A stretch of DNA of 64,000 nt. It comes from Candidatus Saccharimonadales bacterium (GTDB taxonomy: Bacteria; Patescibacteriota; Saccharimonadia; Saccharimonadales; EFPC-124). Shown here piece after piece: positions 46,498 through 56,184 of this stretch. A model generated the notes under the pieces. That model saw only the letters and a list, made by a program, of their open reading frames with translations. It was not told where the DNA came from and did no database searches. The stretch spans positions 242,659 through 306,658 of the forward strand of contig DATIBO010000006.1 in assembly GCA_035457485.1 (NCBI GenBank), written 5' to 3'. A program made the translations under genes and the position numbers. Within the stretch, counting starts at the first letter, position 1. Each line of letters begins with the position of its first letter.

Positions 46498-47154
46498 CTA
46501 AGCTTTACTCGGCTCAATCTCAATCTTGCGAACTTCTTTACTAAGATTGCGGCCATCTTGGTCGACCTCGTAAATCAAAATCTGGTCAAAAGTCATTTCA
46601 ACGTCAGCGATACCTTCGTCGCTGATATTCTCAAGGTACTTAATGAGTGAGCGGATTGTGTTGCCGTGCGAAACCACTAGAACAGTATTTCCAGCTAAAA
46701 GCTGCGGTACTATTGCGTCTTTGTAAAACGGAACGGCTCGTTCATAAACCATTTTCATTGTTTCGCCGCCAGGAATCGGGTGTTCCCAGCCACGACGGAT
46801 TCCGGTGAACATCTCGTCGCCTACGAGTTTTTGAACTTCCCATTTGTTTTTGCCGGTGTATTCGCCGTAGTGACGTTCGTTAAGCTGTGCGGTTGGCTTG
46901 TGTGCTGGCGCGTTTGGTTTTTCGGCCCCAGTTAGCAAGTGCTTTAGTGTTTGCTGTGTACGAACTTGTTCGCTTGTGTAGATAAAATCTGGATCTAAGT
47001 CTTTGATCAGTCCGCCAAGTTTTGCGGCGTCTTTTTGACCTTTTTCGGTAATATTAACATCAGTTTGGCCGGTCCATAGGCCTAAAGCGTTCCATTCGGA
47101 TTCGGCGTGGCGAACTAAAATTAATTTACCTGAAGTTGTATTTGTCTGCGACAT
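46498..47154 (-). CDS. gpmA: 2,3-bisphosphoglycerate-dependent phosphoglycerate mutase
   Basis: LILVRHAESEWN RHG-type motif, VVSHGNTIRSL; adjacent to eno. Confidence 0.85.
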   Translation of the reverse strand: MSQTNTTSGKLILVRHAESEWNALGLWTGQTDVNITEKGQKDAAKLGGLIKDLDPDFIYTSEQVRTQQTLKHLLTGAEKPNAPAHKPTAQLNERHYGEYTGKNKWEVQKLVGDEMFTGIRRGWEHPIPGGETMKMVYERAVPFYKDAIVPQLLAGNTVLVVSHGNTIRSLIKYLENISDEGIADVEMTFDQILIYEVDQDGRNLSKEVRKIEIEPSKA

Positions 47155-47226
47155 AATTCTTAAACCTTTGATTTAAACCTGGCGAGAGCTATTATAGATG
47201 CGATACCTAAAAAGAGGAATAGTAAT

Positions 47227-48504
47227 ATGCAGATTAAAACGATTATTGCCCGTCAAGTTTTTGACTCTCGAGGTAATCCTACCGTTGAAAGTGATGTTAT
47301 TTTGCGCGACGGCAGCATGGGCCGAGCAATTGTTCCGTCTGGTGCATCGACTGGTGCCGGTGAAGCTTTAGAGCTGCGCGACGGCGAGAGCGCCTTTAGC
47401 GGCAAGGGCGTAGACAAAGCGATCAATAATGTAAACACTGTGATCGCAAATGCACTTGCTGGAATGGACGCTAACGACCAAAAAGCTGTCGATGCTAAAT
47501 TGCTAGAACTTGACGGCACCGAAAACAAAAGTAAGTTAGGTGCAAACGCAACATTGGCTGTAAGTTTGGCGGTTGCAAAAGCGGCTGCGGCCAGCAAAAA
47601 AATGCCACTTTACCAACACATTGGCGACTTGGTCGGAAACACGACTTTTACTTTGCCTATGCCGATGCTAAATATTTTGAACGGTGGCAAACACGCCGAA
47701 GGTTCGACCGACATCCAAGAGTTTATGGTTATGCCGGTTGGAGCCGACAGCTTTGTAAAAGCTATGCAAATTTCTAGTGAGGTTTACCACGCGCTTGGTA
47801 AATTGCTCCATGAGAAAGGTTTTGCAACAACTGTAGGCGACGAAGGCGGCTATGCTCCATCTGTTAATGGCGGTACTAACGAAGCTCTAGAATTGATCGA
47901 AGCTGCTGTCGCAAAAGCGGGCTATAAATTAGGTAAAGACGTAGTTTTAGCCCTAGACGTGGCGGCAAGCGAGTTGGTTGACGACGGTGAATATAACTTT
48001 GAGCGCGAAGGCATTAAATACACAACCGAAGAGTTGATCGCAAAATACGAAGCGTTGGCCCAAAAATATCCACTAGTTTCGATCGAAGATGGATTGGGCG
48101 AAGCTGATTGGGACGGATGGAAGCTCATTACAGAAAAACTTGGCGACAAGCTACAGCTCGTAGGTGACGATCTTTTGGTTACCAACACAAAATTGCTTAA
48201 AAAAGCGATTGACGAAAAAGCTGCGAACGCGATTTTGATCAAGCCGAACCAGATTGGAACTTTGAGCGAGACAATCGAGGCAGTTCAAATGGCAAAAGCC
48301 GCTGGCTGGAACACGGTAATGTCTCATCGATCGGGCGAAACCGAGGACGCGACAATCGCGCATTTGGCGGTCGGTCTTAACACTGGTCAAATTAAAACTG
48401 GTTCATTTAGCCGATCCGATAGGGTTGCCAAATATAACGAGTTAATTCGTATCAGCGAACTACTAGAAAATCCGGTATTGGCTCAGCCGTTTAGTCAAAA
48501 ATAA
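47227..48504 (+). CDS. eno: Enolase
   Basis: [41 protein letters not shown]. Confidence 0.97.
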   Translation: MQIKTIIARQVFDSRGNPTVESDVILRDGSMGRAIVPSGASTGAGEALELRDGESAFSGKGVDKAINNVNTVIANALAGMDANDQKAVDAKLLELDGTENKSKLGANATLAVSLAVAKAAAASKKMPLYQHIGDLVGNTTFTLPMPMLNILNGGKHAEGSTDIQEFMVMPVGADSFVKAMQISSEVYHALGKLLHEKGFATTVGDEGGYAPSVNGGTNEALELIEAAVAKAGYKLGKDVVLALDVAASELVDDGEYNFEREGIKYTTEELIAKYEALAQKYPLVSIEDGLGEADWDGWKLITEKLGDKLQLVGDDLLVTNTKLLKKAIDEKAANAILIKPNQIGTLSETIEAVQMAKAAGWNTVMSHRSGETEDATIAHLAVGLNTGQIKTGSFSRSDRVAKYNELIRISELLENPVLAQPFSQK

Positions 48505-48519
48505 TTTGATTTTGGATAT

Positions 48520-48558
48520 ATGTGGCGCTAGTATCTTCTGGCGCCACATGGCGTTTTA
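48520..48558 (+). terminator. Rho-independent terminator after eno
   Basis: ATGTGGCGC, a 12-nt loop, GCGCCACAT, followed by GGCGTTTTA. Confidence 0.6.
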
Positions 48559-48598
48559 CAAAAGTCATTTTATAAACTATAATACATCCGTTATATGC

Positions 48599-48675
48599 GG
48601 GTCCATAGCTCAGTTGGTTAGAGCATCTGCCTCTTAAGCAGAGTGTCCTGGGTTCAAGTCCCAGTGGACCCTCCA
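48599..48675 (+). tRNA. tRNA-Lys (anticodon CTT), CCA encoded
   Basis: Acceptor GGGTCCA/TGGACCC, anticodon arm TCTGC-CTCTTAA-GCAGA, T-arm CTGGG-TTCAAGT-CCCAG. Confidence 0.92.
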
Positions 48676-48738
48676 GATTTTATCAAGCTCCGATACAAGG
48701 AGTTTTTATTTGCAAAAAATTATATTTTATTCTAGTAT

Positions 48739-49137
48739 ATGCGTGTCGTGCTAGATCCGCCGACTCAAAGAGTTAGGCGGTCATCGTATCGTAGAGGAGT
48801 TGCAAGTCGCGTGACCTTGAAAAAGCTTCGCTGGGGGGTCCGAAAGATCACCCGAACTAGGAAGTTGGTGCCGAAGGCCCTCTGCTCGATGGCGGTCGTC
48901 GGTATGGTGCTCAGTGTGGTGGTGGGATACATCAACATGACTGAGCGCGTGAGCGAGTTCTTCTTTCGTCTTTCCGTGTACGGTTTCGTGACTTGTGTGG
49001 CCGTGGGACTCCTGTCCTTATTGTCGCTTACCTGCGACATCAACGAGCCGAACCGAGTGAAGCCTAAGAAGAGAGCTGTTACAACTCCGAACGAGTCCGT
49101 TGCAGCGGACAGACCTTCCACTCCCGATGCCCGCTGA
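48739..49137 (+). CDS. Hypothetical two-TM membrane protein with Arg/Lys-rich N-terminus (GC-rich islet gene)
   Basis: 132-aa ORF with two clear TM helices. The plus strand is favoured because the downstream hairpin is followed by a T-rich tract on this strand. Confidence 0.45.
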   Translation: MRVVLDPPTQRVRRSSYRRGVASRVTLKKLRWGVRKITRTRKLVPKALCSMAVVGMVLSVVVGYINMTERVSEFFFRLSVYGFVTCVAVGLLSLLSLTCDINEPNRVKPKKRAVTTPNESVAADRPSTPDAR

Positions 49138-49160
49138 CGGCATGCGCCAGTGGTCGGTAC

Positions 49161-49201
49161 CCGGTCAGGTTCTGCTCCGATTTGTGGGCGGACCTGACCG
49201 G
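49161..49201 (+). terminator. GC-rich hairpin terminator of the islet gene
   Basis: CCGGTCAGGT, a 21-nt loop, ACCTGACCGG, followed by TTAATCGAATTTATT. Confidence 0.55.
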
Positions 49202-49214
49202 TTAATCGAATTTA

Positions 49215-50009
49215 TTATGGTTTAAAAATCAGCGAAACGACGAACATTGCCAAAGCCGCCAAAACAATTGCGCCACCTGCAGCTATGCCGGCATAAAAAG
49301 CGACCAACAATCCAACTACAACTGCGATCACCGCGACAATAATTGCGATAAAAATTGTCTGAACAAAGCTCCTAGCAAACCTACTAGCTGTTATAACCGG
49401 TATAACGATTAGCGCGCTAATTAATAATCCACCTACGATCCGTAAGCTTAAAACTACCATTACGGCTGTAATAGCCGCTAGAACATAGTTTAATGTCGCA
49501 ACTTTAAAGCCGGCAATTTTGGCACTGTCTTCATCGAATGCGATATGCAGAAGCCCGCGATAGTTGAACGCTACTATCGAAAGTAAAGTTATAACAGCGA
49601 TTGCTAACAGTATTAGATCGTTAGGGCTGGTTGTTGCAATACTGCCAAATAAGTAGGCGTTAAAGTCAACACGAGCGCCCTGAGCGAGGCCAGCTAAGAC
49701 TACCGCTATTGCCAAACCACCACTCATTAGTATGGCTAAGCTGGTCTCGCCACTTATGCGTTTGTTTTGGCGCATGTATTCTAGCAGAAGAGCGCCGGCT
49801 ACAGTTACGGGTATGGCTACCAAAACTGGGGTGCCACCGAGCAACAAGCCTGCTCCAATTCCGGCCAAGCTAACGTGCGCTAGGCTGTCGGCGATTAATG
49901 AGTAGCGACGAGCGACTAAAAAGCTACCTAAAACAGGAATGCTTACGGCGATCAGTAGTCCAGCTAAAAGCGCGCGTATCATAAAGCTATAATCAAAAAT
50001 TTCAAGCAT
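49215..50009 (-). CDS. Metal (Zn/Mn) ABC transporter permease
   Basis: 264 aa, 8 or so TM helices, ZnuB/MntB-like composition; in an operon with the ATPase and binding protein. Confidence 0.85.
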   Translation of the reverse strand: MLEIFDYSFMIRALLAGLLIAVSIPVLGSFLVARRYSLIADSLAHVSLAGIGAGLLLGGTPVLVAIPVTVAGALLLEYMRQNKRISGETSLAILMSGGLAIAVVLAGLAQGARVDFNAYLFGSIATTSPNDLILLAIAVITLLSIVAFNYRGLLHIAFDEDSAKIAGFKVATLNYVLAAITAVMVVLSLRIVGGLLISALIVIPVITASRFARSFVQTIFIAIIVAVIAVVVGLLVAFYAGIAAGGAIVLAALAMFVVSLIFKP

Positions 50010-50769
50010 GCGAAACTCCGTGCTTATGATGAAGTAACTTATGTTTTTCGGCGTAAAGTTTACTCATGTATCGTTCGGCCTCAAACTTTTCAGGGGCGCC
50101 GTCGTATAAAATTGTCCGGTTCAAGCAAATTACGCGACTAACTTGCCGTAAAACCGCATCAATATCGTGCGAAACCATAACGATTCCTATTCCACTTTTG
50201 TGCAAATCTTGTAAAAGTTTATAAAAATTGGCCTGTGATTCCTCATCGATTCCAGTCGTGGGCTCGTCTAAAATTAGTAATTCGGGATTACTCGCCAAGG
50301 CCTTCGCAATTAAAATTCGTTGCTGTTGACCACCCGAAAGCTCGGCAAAATTCTTTTTGTGCAATTCTTGCAAACCGACGGTAATTAAGGCTTGCTGCCA
50401 GTTTTTTCCGCCCAAACCTACGACTTCTGCGACGCTGATTGGGATCTGTTGACTTTGTGCTGAGCCACGCTGAGGGATGTAGCTTATTGACCCTTTTTTA
50501 AGCGTGACCTTTCCGTAATTTGGTTTTATTAAACCCAAGATCGCTTTTAGTAGCGTGGTTTTTCCTGCGCCGTTTGGTCCGATTAACCCTACGAACTCGC
50601 CAGCGTGTAAGCAAAAAGAGACGTCGTTTATAACCTTTTCGCTAGCCATAACCACCGAGAGGTTGTCTACATCAACTAATTGTTTACTGGCATGCAAGGG
50701 CTTGTCTAAGATTGGCGAGGTTTTGCCGCTGGATACTGAGGTAGTTTTTGCCGTTTCGTTGATCTTCAT
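50002..50769 (-). CDS. Metal ABC transporter ATP-binding protein
   Basis: Walker A GPNGAGKTT, signature LSGGQQQR, Walker B LLILDEP. The true start may be an internal TTG near 50700 because the track ORF overlaps the upstream gene by 86 nt. Confidence 0.88.
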   Translation of the reverse strand: MKINETAKTTSVSSGKTSPILDKPLHASKQLVDVDNLSVVMASEKVINDVSFCLHAGEFVGLIGPNGAGKTTLLKAILGLIKPNYGKVTLKKGSISYIPQRGSAQSQQIPISVAEVVGLGGKNWQQALITVGLQELHKKNFAELSGGQQQRILIAKALASNPELLILDEPTTGIDEESQANFYKLLQDLHKSGIGIVMVSHDIDAVLRQVSRVICLNRTILYDGAPEKFEAERYMSKLYAEKHKLLHHKHGVSHA

Positions 50770-51568
50770 CGGTTAATCCTTCGATCGGATCTAAAACTGC
50801 TGTTTTAGCGCCGGTTTCTCTTGCTATTGTATCAGCCAAGCGCGAGCTGATTAAATTTTCTAAAAATATATAACTCACATCTTGCTGCTTAACCACGTCG
50901 CTGATTTGGGCTAATTTTGCGGGACTTGGTTCTTCGTCGGGGCTGATACCGGCGATCGAAACGATGTTTAGGTTGTAGCGTTTTGCCAAGTAGTTAAATG
51001 ACTCGTGCGAGGTTACAACTGTTCGGGTTTGGCAAGTGGCTAAGCCTTGGGTAAAATCTTGGTCGAGTTTGTCGAGTTCAGCTTTATAACTAGTGGCGTT
51101 TGTTAGGTAGTAATCTTGGTTGACAGGGTCAAAAGCGATAATTCCGGCTAAAATGTCATCGACCATTTGCTTGGCTAAGATCGGATCAAGCCAAAAATGC
51201 GGATCGTCTTGTCCGGAATCTGTTTGTAGAAGTGGGACATTGAGACTAGACCTTACTGCAATACCTTTGTAATCTGGTAAAAAACCACCAAGCCAAGGCT
51301 CGAAATTTACCCCGTTAAAAATGAAAACTTTGGAATTTTGAGTACTCGCTAAACTCTGCGGTGACGGCTCAAAGTCATGAGGTTCGGCTCCTGCTGGGGT
51401 TATATTTTGAACAGTGGCTTTACCTCCAGCGATCTGTTTAGCGAACTCGTACACTGGGTAGAAGGTCGCGGTGATTTGAGCGTTTGTTTGGCGGCTAATA
51501 CTAAAAATAACTAGCGCAACAACAACGATTAACGTAGCTAAAAGCAGCAATTTGTAAATGATTTTCAT
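50684..51568 (-). CDS. Metal ABC transporter substrate-binding protein (ZnuA/TroA family)
   Basis: N-terminal TM/signal, PHDFEPSP and DPHFWLDP metal-ligand motifs. Confidence 0.85.
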   Translation of the reverse strand: MKIIYKLLLLATLIVVVALVIFSISRQTNAQITATFYPVYEFAKQIAGGKATVQNITPAGAEPHDFEPSPQSLASTQNSKVFIFNGVNFEPWLGGFLPDYKGIAVRSSLNVPLLQTDSGQDDPHFWLDPILAKQMVDDILAGIIAFDPVNQDYYLTNATSYKAELDKLDQDFTQGLATCQTRTVVTSHESFNYLAKRYNLNIVSIAGISPDEEPSPAKLAQISDVVKQQDVSYIFLENLISSRLADTIARETGAKTAVLDPIEGLTDEDQRNGKNYLSIQRQNLANLRQALACQ

Positions 51569-51653
51569 ATCTGAATGCTACGGTGCTAATTTGTTTTTTG
51601 CAAATCTGTCGCAAAATGTTTGTAAAATTGCTACATAACGCTTTAATGTTAAA

Positions 51654-52736
51654 ATGACTGTAATAGGGGGATTTGTGGAAAAAGCTCAAGAAATCGCTTA
51701 CTTTAAACAGACTTACAAGAAAACACTTGATAAAATTGACAAAAAGCTAAACCTAGTTAACGACCTAGTGGCCCCAACTTTTGCTGCCAACGATCCAATG
51801 CGGCTAGAGTCGCAGCGATTTATTGTCCAGGGTGGCAAGAGGTTGCGTCCAGCGCTAGCGCAGACGATCGCAGGTTCTTATGGATTTAACGATGTCTGGC
51901 CGAGCCTCGCGCTGGAAACGTTCCATAAGTATATTCTGACCCACGATGACATTATCGATCGCGACGAAATGCGCTATGGCAATCCGACGGTTCATACAAA
52001 AATGCAACAAATTTGCATTAATAAAACTGAAGCAGAGCATTTTGGTAATTCTCTTGCAATTGTGGCCGGTGATCTTATGGAATCGGCGACGTATAAGATC
52101 ATCTTAACGTCTGAGCTCAGTGCCGATAAAAAAGTCGAACTTTGTAAATTAATGGCAGACGCCATGGATAACGTCGGTTGGGGCTGGTACGATCAGTTCT
52201 TAATGGATTACGAGGAACTTGATTCGTCAAACTTATCATTTGAGCGCATTGAAAAGTCGATTATATGGGTGACAGGTAAGTACAGTATTGAGCTGCCGAT
52301 GAGATTTGGTTTTGCGCTGGCAGGCGAGAATACACCTAAGCAGCTTGAGGCCTTCACTAGTTCGGCTGGACTTTTATATCAGACGAAGGACGATATTATG
52401 GGGCTGTTCGGGAAAGTTGAGGATACAGGTAAATCAAACTTTGGGGACATATCTCAAGGCAAAAAAACGCTTCCAATGTGGCTTGCCTATGCAAACTCCG
52501 GCGATAGCGACAAGCGAACACTCGAACACTTAGTTGGCAATAAGAACTTAACTTCAGATGAAGCTCAGGTGGTTCGAGAAATCGTTAAAAGCAGCGGGGC
52601 TCTTAGCCGGTCCCAAGATATGATGCGTGAGTATCGTGACGCCTGTCTGAACATGGTCCAGGAAATGCACATAAAATCAGACCTTAAAAAGTTTTTGCGT
52701 GGTTTTGTGTATTATCTCGAAGATCGCGACCGCTAG
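51654..52736 (+). CDS. Polyprenyl diphosphate synthase family protein
   Basis: KRLRPAL, first Asp-rich motif THDDIIDRD. The second motif reads YQTKDDIMGLFG (DDxxG where DDxxD is usual). Confidence 0.8.
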   Translation: MTVIGGFVEKAQEIAYFKQTYKKTLDKIDKKLNLVNDLVAPTFAANDPMRLESQRFIVQGGKRLRPALAQTIAGSYGFNDVWPSLALETFHKYILTHDDIIDRDEMRYGNPTVHTKMQQICINKTEAEHFGNSLAIVAGDLMESATYKIILTSELSADKKVELCKLMADAMDNVGWGWYDQFLMDYEELDSSNLSFERIEKSIIWVTGKYSIELPMRFGFALAGENTPKQLEAFTSSAGLLYQTKDDIMGLFGKVEDTGKSNFGDISQGKKTLPMWLAYANSGDSDKRTLEHLVGNKNLTSDEAQVVREIVKSSGALSRSQDMMREYRDACLNMVQEMHIKSDLKKFLRGFVYYLEDRDR

Positions 52737-53110
52737 TTACCCGCAAGCCATTTTATGGCGCTTTGTTCGTCGCGAAAGCCCTTAATTTTGGAGCTGAACT
52801 CAATGTGCATGGCCTCGAGCGAGGAAGTTAACATCCAGCCCATTTCGTCCCCCCGGAAAATAATCGCGACTTTTTTGAAGTGTTGGAGTTTCCAGAGCAT
52901 TCCTAAACCCTTTGCTTGAACAGGAATACTTATATTTGCGCTGTCAACATCGCGAATGTCGTCGAGAAGTTTAGTAATTTGCTTTTCTTTAGCTAATTCA
53001 ATTGCCGTGTCAACGGGGTCATGCAAGTCCTCAGTCTTGAGTTCGCCCCAAGTTTTTAAGTGGATAAAGTCGCCCTCTATTTTTGCCGAAAACTTTTTAG
53101 TAACATCCAT
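52733..53110 (-). CDS. Hypothetical protein, STAS/SpoIIAA-like (DUF3478-like by recollection)
   Basis: 125 aa; pattern FKKVAIIFRGDEMGWM. Not verified. Confidence 0.4.
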   Translation of the reverse strand: MDVTKKFSAKIEGDFIHLKTWGELKTEDLHDPVDTAIELAKEKQITKLLDDIRDVDSANISIPVQAKGLGMLWKLQHFKKVAIIFRGDEMGWMLTSSLEAMHIEFSSKIKGFRDEQSAIKWLAGN

Positions 53111-53173
53111 ATGAAATTGTTTATACTGTTAATGTTTTTATTATATACCGCAAGCGTACGATAGAATAGTCCT

Positions 53174-54289
53174 ATGCAGTCCGATATTTTAGTAAAACTT
53201 TTAAATCAAACTTGGTCAAGTCCAGTGTTTGGTGACTCTTTCATCAATGTAAACCAAAAGGCAGTTATTGCGCAGATAAAACAAATAACTAACGGGGTAA
53301 AAAACGATTTAACAAAAATAATTGGCATGGGTATGCCCGAGCTCACTCAGGATCAAGTGAATGAGATCGTTGGGCAAATTGTTCCTAAGACTGTAAGTTT
53401 CTGCCCAGCTTTAACGGCAGGTGAGATTACCGATACTAAAAAACTACAGGCAGCAGCTACGGCGATTGGGGTAATGTACTGGGGCGACCAAACAATGGAT
53501 CGTGGAGACATGTCAATGCCATTCGCGCTGAAACGTTTAGGTGGTCAAAATGTTGATGTGCCTGCCGAAATTAGGTATTTAGTAGAGGCAAGATTAGAGG
53601 CTTTACGGCAGATCGAAGCTCAAATTGCGTTTTTTGCCAAATCCGAAGATGTTGAAATAGTTCTAAGCTGTTTTGTTGAACAGGTGCTTGCAAATGAGGT
53701 GAAGCTTCACGAACTTAGTTTACGATATTTGCGCGCTCAGAATAAGGACAAGTTTATTACGTCAAACGCAAAAGAAATCGCAAGGCTTATGGTGGTTGAT
53801 GCTGGTTTCCCAAGTGTTTCATCGTCGCTCTATGCGATTTATCGACATGAAAATGCGCGGTTAATTCCATTGTCGCAGTTGTATGCGGACATGCAAATTA
53901 CTACATTGTTGCAAATTTGTAATGCTGTCGTTCGCGCGGCAGATGAGTTTGGTGACTGGAAGATGGATCGTGGGCATGATGCTAAATGGGGCATTTTTGT
54001 AATAAATTTATTTAATCAGGCCAACCATGCACTGATCAATGAATTTTTATCCCTAGCAGAGATTAAGCCAACTCTACAGATAACTGACGCATTTTTGAAT
54101 TTTGCAGAGAATCGTGAGAAAAACGGCGCGTTTTTAATGAAAGTGTTTTTTGATCATATCAAAGAGCATATCAAAAATTTGCCTGAGCATACTGCAAAAA
54201 AGAATGAGCACTACATTTTACTATGTAAACGTGTGCTTGAGATAGGAAAGGTTAACGAACTTGGCGATATAGAGCTTTCTGAGAAATAA
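53174..54289 (+). CDS. Hypothetical all-helical protein with two DxxxD motifs ~150 aa apart (possible divergent class I terpenoid synthase fold)
   Basis: AAATAIGVMYWGDQTMDRGD (aa 94-112) and LLQICNAVVRAADEFGD (aa 245-261) resemble Asp-rich motif contexts of trans-IPPS and squalene/phytoene synthases. Confidence 0.35.
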   Translation: MQSDILVKLLNQTWSSPVFGDSFINVNQKAVIAQIKQITNGVKNDLTKIIGMGMPELTQDQVNEIVGQIVPKTVSFCPALTAGEITDTKKLQAAATAIGVMYWGDQTMDRGDMSMPFALKRLGGQNVDVPAEIRYLVEARLEALRQIEAQIAFFAKSEDVEIVLSCFVEQVLANEVKLHELSLRYLRAQNKDKFITSNAKEIARLMVVDAGFPSVSSSLYAIYRHENARLIPLSQLYADMQITTLLQICNAVVRAADEFGDWKMDRGHDAKWGIFVINLFNQANHALINEFLSLAEIKPTLQITDAFLNFAENREKNGAFLMKVFFDHIKEHIKNLPEHTAKKNEHYILLCKRVLEIGKVNELGDIELSEK

Positions 54290-54303
54290 GCTTTGTCGCG
54301 AGA

Positions 54304-54654
54304 TTAATTCGTGAGCTTTGCGCCAGCCGCTTGATACTTATCCCCCCAAGCCGCCATACTTTTTAAAATTGGAATTAGATCGGCCCCCTTTTGAGTGAGG
54401 GCGTATTCTACACGGGGCGGAACTTCAGGATAAGTGGTTTTTGTAAGAATTGCGTTTTCCTCAAGTTCGTCCAGGCGCTGAGATAGAGTTCGCGGACTAA
54501 TACCTGTCAAATTTTGCAAAGTTGAAAATCGATGTGAGCCTTTCGAAAGAAGCAAAATTAAAAATGGCGTCCATTTGTTGCCCATTATGGCAGTGGCCGC
54601 TGCAACGCAGCCCGGGTGCTGTTCGATTTTAGAATTGGTGGCTTCAATTTGCAT
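54304..54654 (-). CDS. HxlR-family winged-helix transcriptional regulator
   Basis: CVAAATAIMGNKWTPFLILLL...RFSTLQN...ISPRTLSQRLDELEENAIL. Confidence 0.85.
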   Translation of the reverse strand: MQIEATNSKIEQHPGCVAAATAIMGNKWTPFLILLLSKGSHRFSTLQNLTGISPRTLSQRLDELEENAILTKTTYPEVPPRVEYALTQKGADLIPILKSMAAWGDKYQAAGAKLTN

Positions 54655-54723
54655 AGTGGCTATATTTTGTATAGTATTGAATATACTAACAAGCTTTCAT
54701 AAGCATACCACAAGGAGAGGAAG

Positions 54724-55332
54724 ATGAAAAATTACGCTGAGACAGTGTCGCAAGACGAAGTTGCGAGGACAAAACGCTCACTTGAAGCTAAAGGTTTTAA
54801 AGTAAAGATAGCCGAAGATAAGCAACAGGCAAAAGAGCTTGTTTTGCAGATGATTCCAAAAGGCGCAGAGGTGTTTACGTCAACTTCGGTGACCTTAGAC
54901 CAGCTTGAATTGCCACAGGAACTAAACGGACCCGATTACACATCACTCAGGGGTAAATTTATGGAGCTCTATGGTCAAGATGACAAAAAGCATGATATGA
55001 AACGAATCGGTTCTGTGTCCGAATATACTGTCGGAAGTGTGAACGCGATAACAGAGCAGGGTGAGATTCTAATTACCTCGGCGACTGGTAGTCAAATCCC
55101 CAACTATGCTTATGGCGCAAGTAATTTAATTTTGGTAGTTGGTATAAATAAGATAGTTAAGGACATGAATCAGGCAATGGAGAGATTGGAAAAACACATT
55201 TTCCCGCTAGAGGATGTACGCTCGCAAAAGGCCTACGGGGTGCCGTCTTCTATTACGATGAATCTGATTTATCGTAAAGATCCAACAAATCGAGTCACTG
55301 TCATATTGGTTAACGAGTCGCTTGGTTATTAA
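54724..55332 (+). CDS. LUD-domain protein (LutC/YkgG-like)
   Basis: 202 aa; composition and length typical of LUD_dom proteins; divergent from the HxlR regulator. Confidence 0.55.
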   Translation: MKNYAETVSQDEVARTKRSLEAKGFKVKIAEDKQQAKELVLQMIPKGAEVFTSTSVTLDQLELPQELNGPDYTSLRGKFMELYGQDDKKHDMKRIGSVSEYTVGSVNAITEQGEILITSATGSQIPNYAYGASNLILVVGINKIVKDMNQAMERLEKHIFPLEDVRSQKAYGVPSSITMNLIYRKDPTNRVTVILVNESLGY

Positions 55333-55371
55333 AAATTTGGGCATCTTAGCAGAATAATGTCGTGAATGTTC

Positions 55372-55408
55372 TGTGGGCGAGCTCGGGGAAGTCCCGCGCT
55401 CGCCCACA
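55372..55408. terminator. GC-rich hairpin between convergent LUD gene and islet lipoprotein gene
   Basis: TGTGGGCGAGC...GCTCGCCCACA with an inner CGGG-gaagt-CCCG stem. Confidence 0.55.
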
Positions 55409-55413
55409 ACGAA

Positions 55414-56184
55414 CTACTGCCAGTAAGGCGCGCTGGTTGTGACGATCTCGCGCCAAGGGCCGATCGGTACATCGTTATCGTCGACGAACCGCCAATCCAC
55501 GACACCGAAGCCGGCGTCGATGTTCAGGCCCAGGGCCAAAGCCGTTGCAGGTGAGACGTCCAGGCCAGCCTTAAGTCCGAACTGAGTTTTGGGTCGCTGG
55601 TCAGTAGTACTGAATACGTACTCGCAGTCGTTCTCAGTCTCCGAACCCGTCTCAAACGGACCAGTTTCCTCGATCTGCGCGTACACAGTTTTGTCGTTGA
55701 GCGTGATCTGAACCCAGCGGTTCTTGAGCGCTGAGCCTTCTGGGCGATCAGTGCTCCACGGAATCTGGTTCTTGATGGCCATGAACCCCGAGGTTTCGCC
55801 GTTCTCGTTGAACTCGTTGCAGGGCAGGGACGCGTAGAACGGGTTCTCGCGCGGCTTGAAACCGGACGGCCAAGCACCATCGTGCTGGCGGCTGTCGGGG
55901 TCATCGACTCCGCCGAAGCAGTGCTTCCAGTCGCTGCAGTACGCAGTCTCTTCGTTCGTTTGCCAGTTGTTGTCCTCCGACTCTACCTCGCCGCCGTAGA
56001 AGATCGTGGCGATAATGTTGGTGTGGTCGGGGTATGTACTGGTTGGCGCGCTACTTGCTGCTTGAGTCGCGGTGGTCGTCGGAGCTGCGGCTTGCGCGGA
56101 AACATTCGTTTCCGGCTTAGCACCACAGGCTGCCAATACTATCGCCGACGCAATCAGCCCGATGGCTGCCGATCTGAATCTCAT
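55414..56184 (-). CDS. Secreted lipoprotein, high-GC codon usage; possibly a double-psi beta-barrel (RlpA/expansin-like) wall-binding fold
   Basis: Start moved to the ATG at 56184. Signal plus lipobox MRFRSAAIGLIASAIVLAAC. Ala/Thr/Pro linker. The ATIFYGG...NRWVQITLNDKTVYAQIEETGPF...DVSPATALALG pattern is reminiscent of DPBB domains. Confidence 0.6.
   Translation of the reverse strand: MRFRSAAIGLIASAIVLAACGAKPETNVSAQAAAPTTTATQAASSAPTSTYPDHTNIIATIFYGGEVESEDNNWQTNEETAYCSDWKHCFGGVDDPDSRQHDGAWPSGFKPRENPFYASLPCNEFNENGETSGFMAIKNQIPWSTDRPEGSALKNRWVQITLNDKTVYAQIEETGPFETGSETENDCEYVFSTTDQRPKTQFGLKAGLDVSPATALALGLNIDAGFGVVDWRFVDDNDVPIGPWREIVTTSAPYWQ

Larger units (their letters stand above)
48676..49210. 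other. GC-rich islet abutting the 3' end of tRNA-Lys
   Basis: Hand count gives 36 G+C in the 60 nt 48841..48900. There are overlapping sense and antisense long ORFs, and the islet has its own GC-rich terminator. Confidence 0.55.

Noticed and set aside
49147-49153. CCAGTGG at the distal border of the tRNA-Lys islet as an att direct repeat of the tRNA 3' region
   Set aside because: It is only a 7-nt identity, expected by chance in 64 kb. No comparable repeats were found for the tRNA-His or tRNA-Arg islets.
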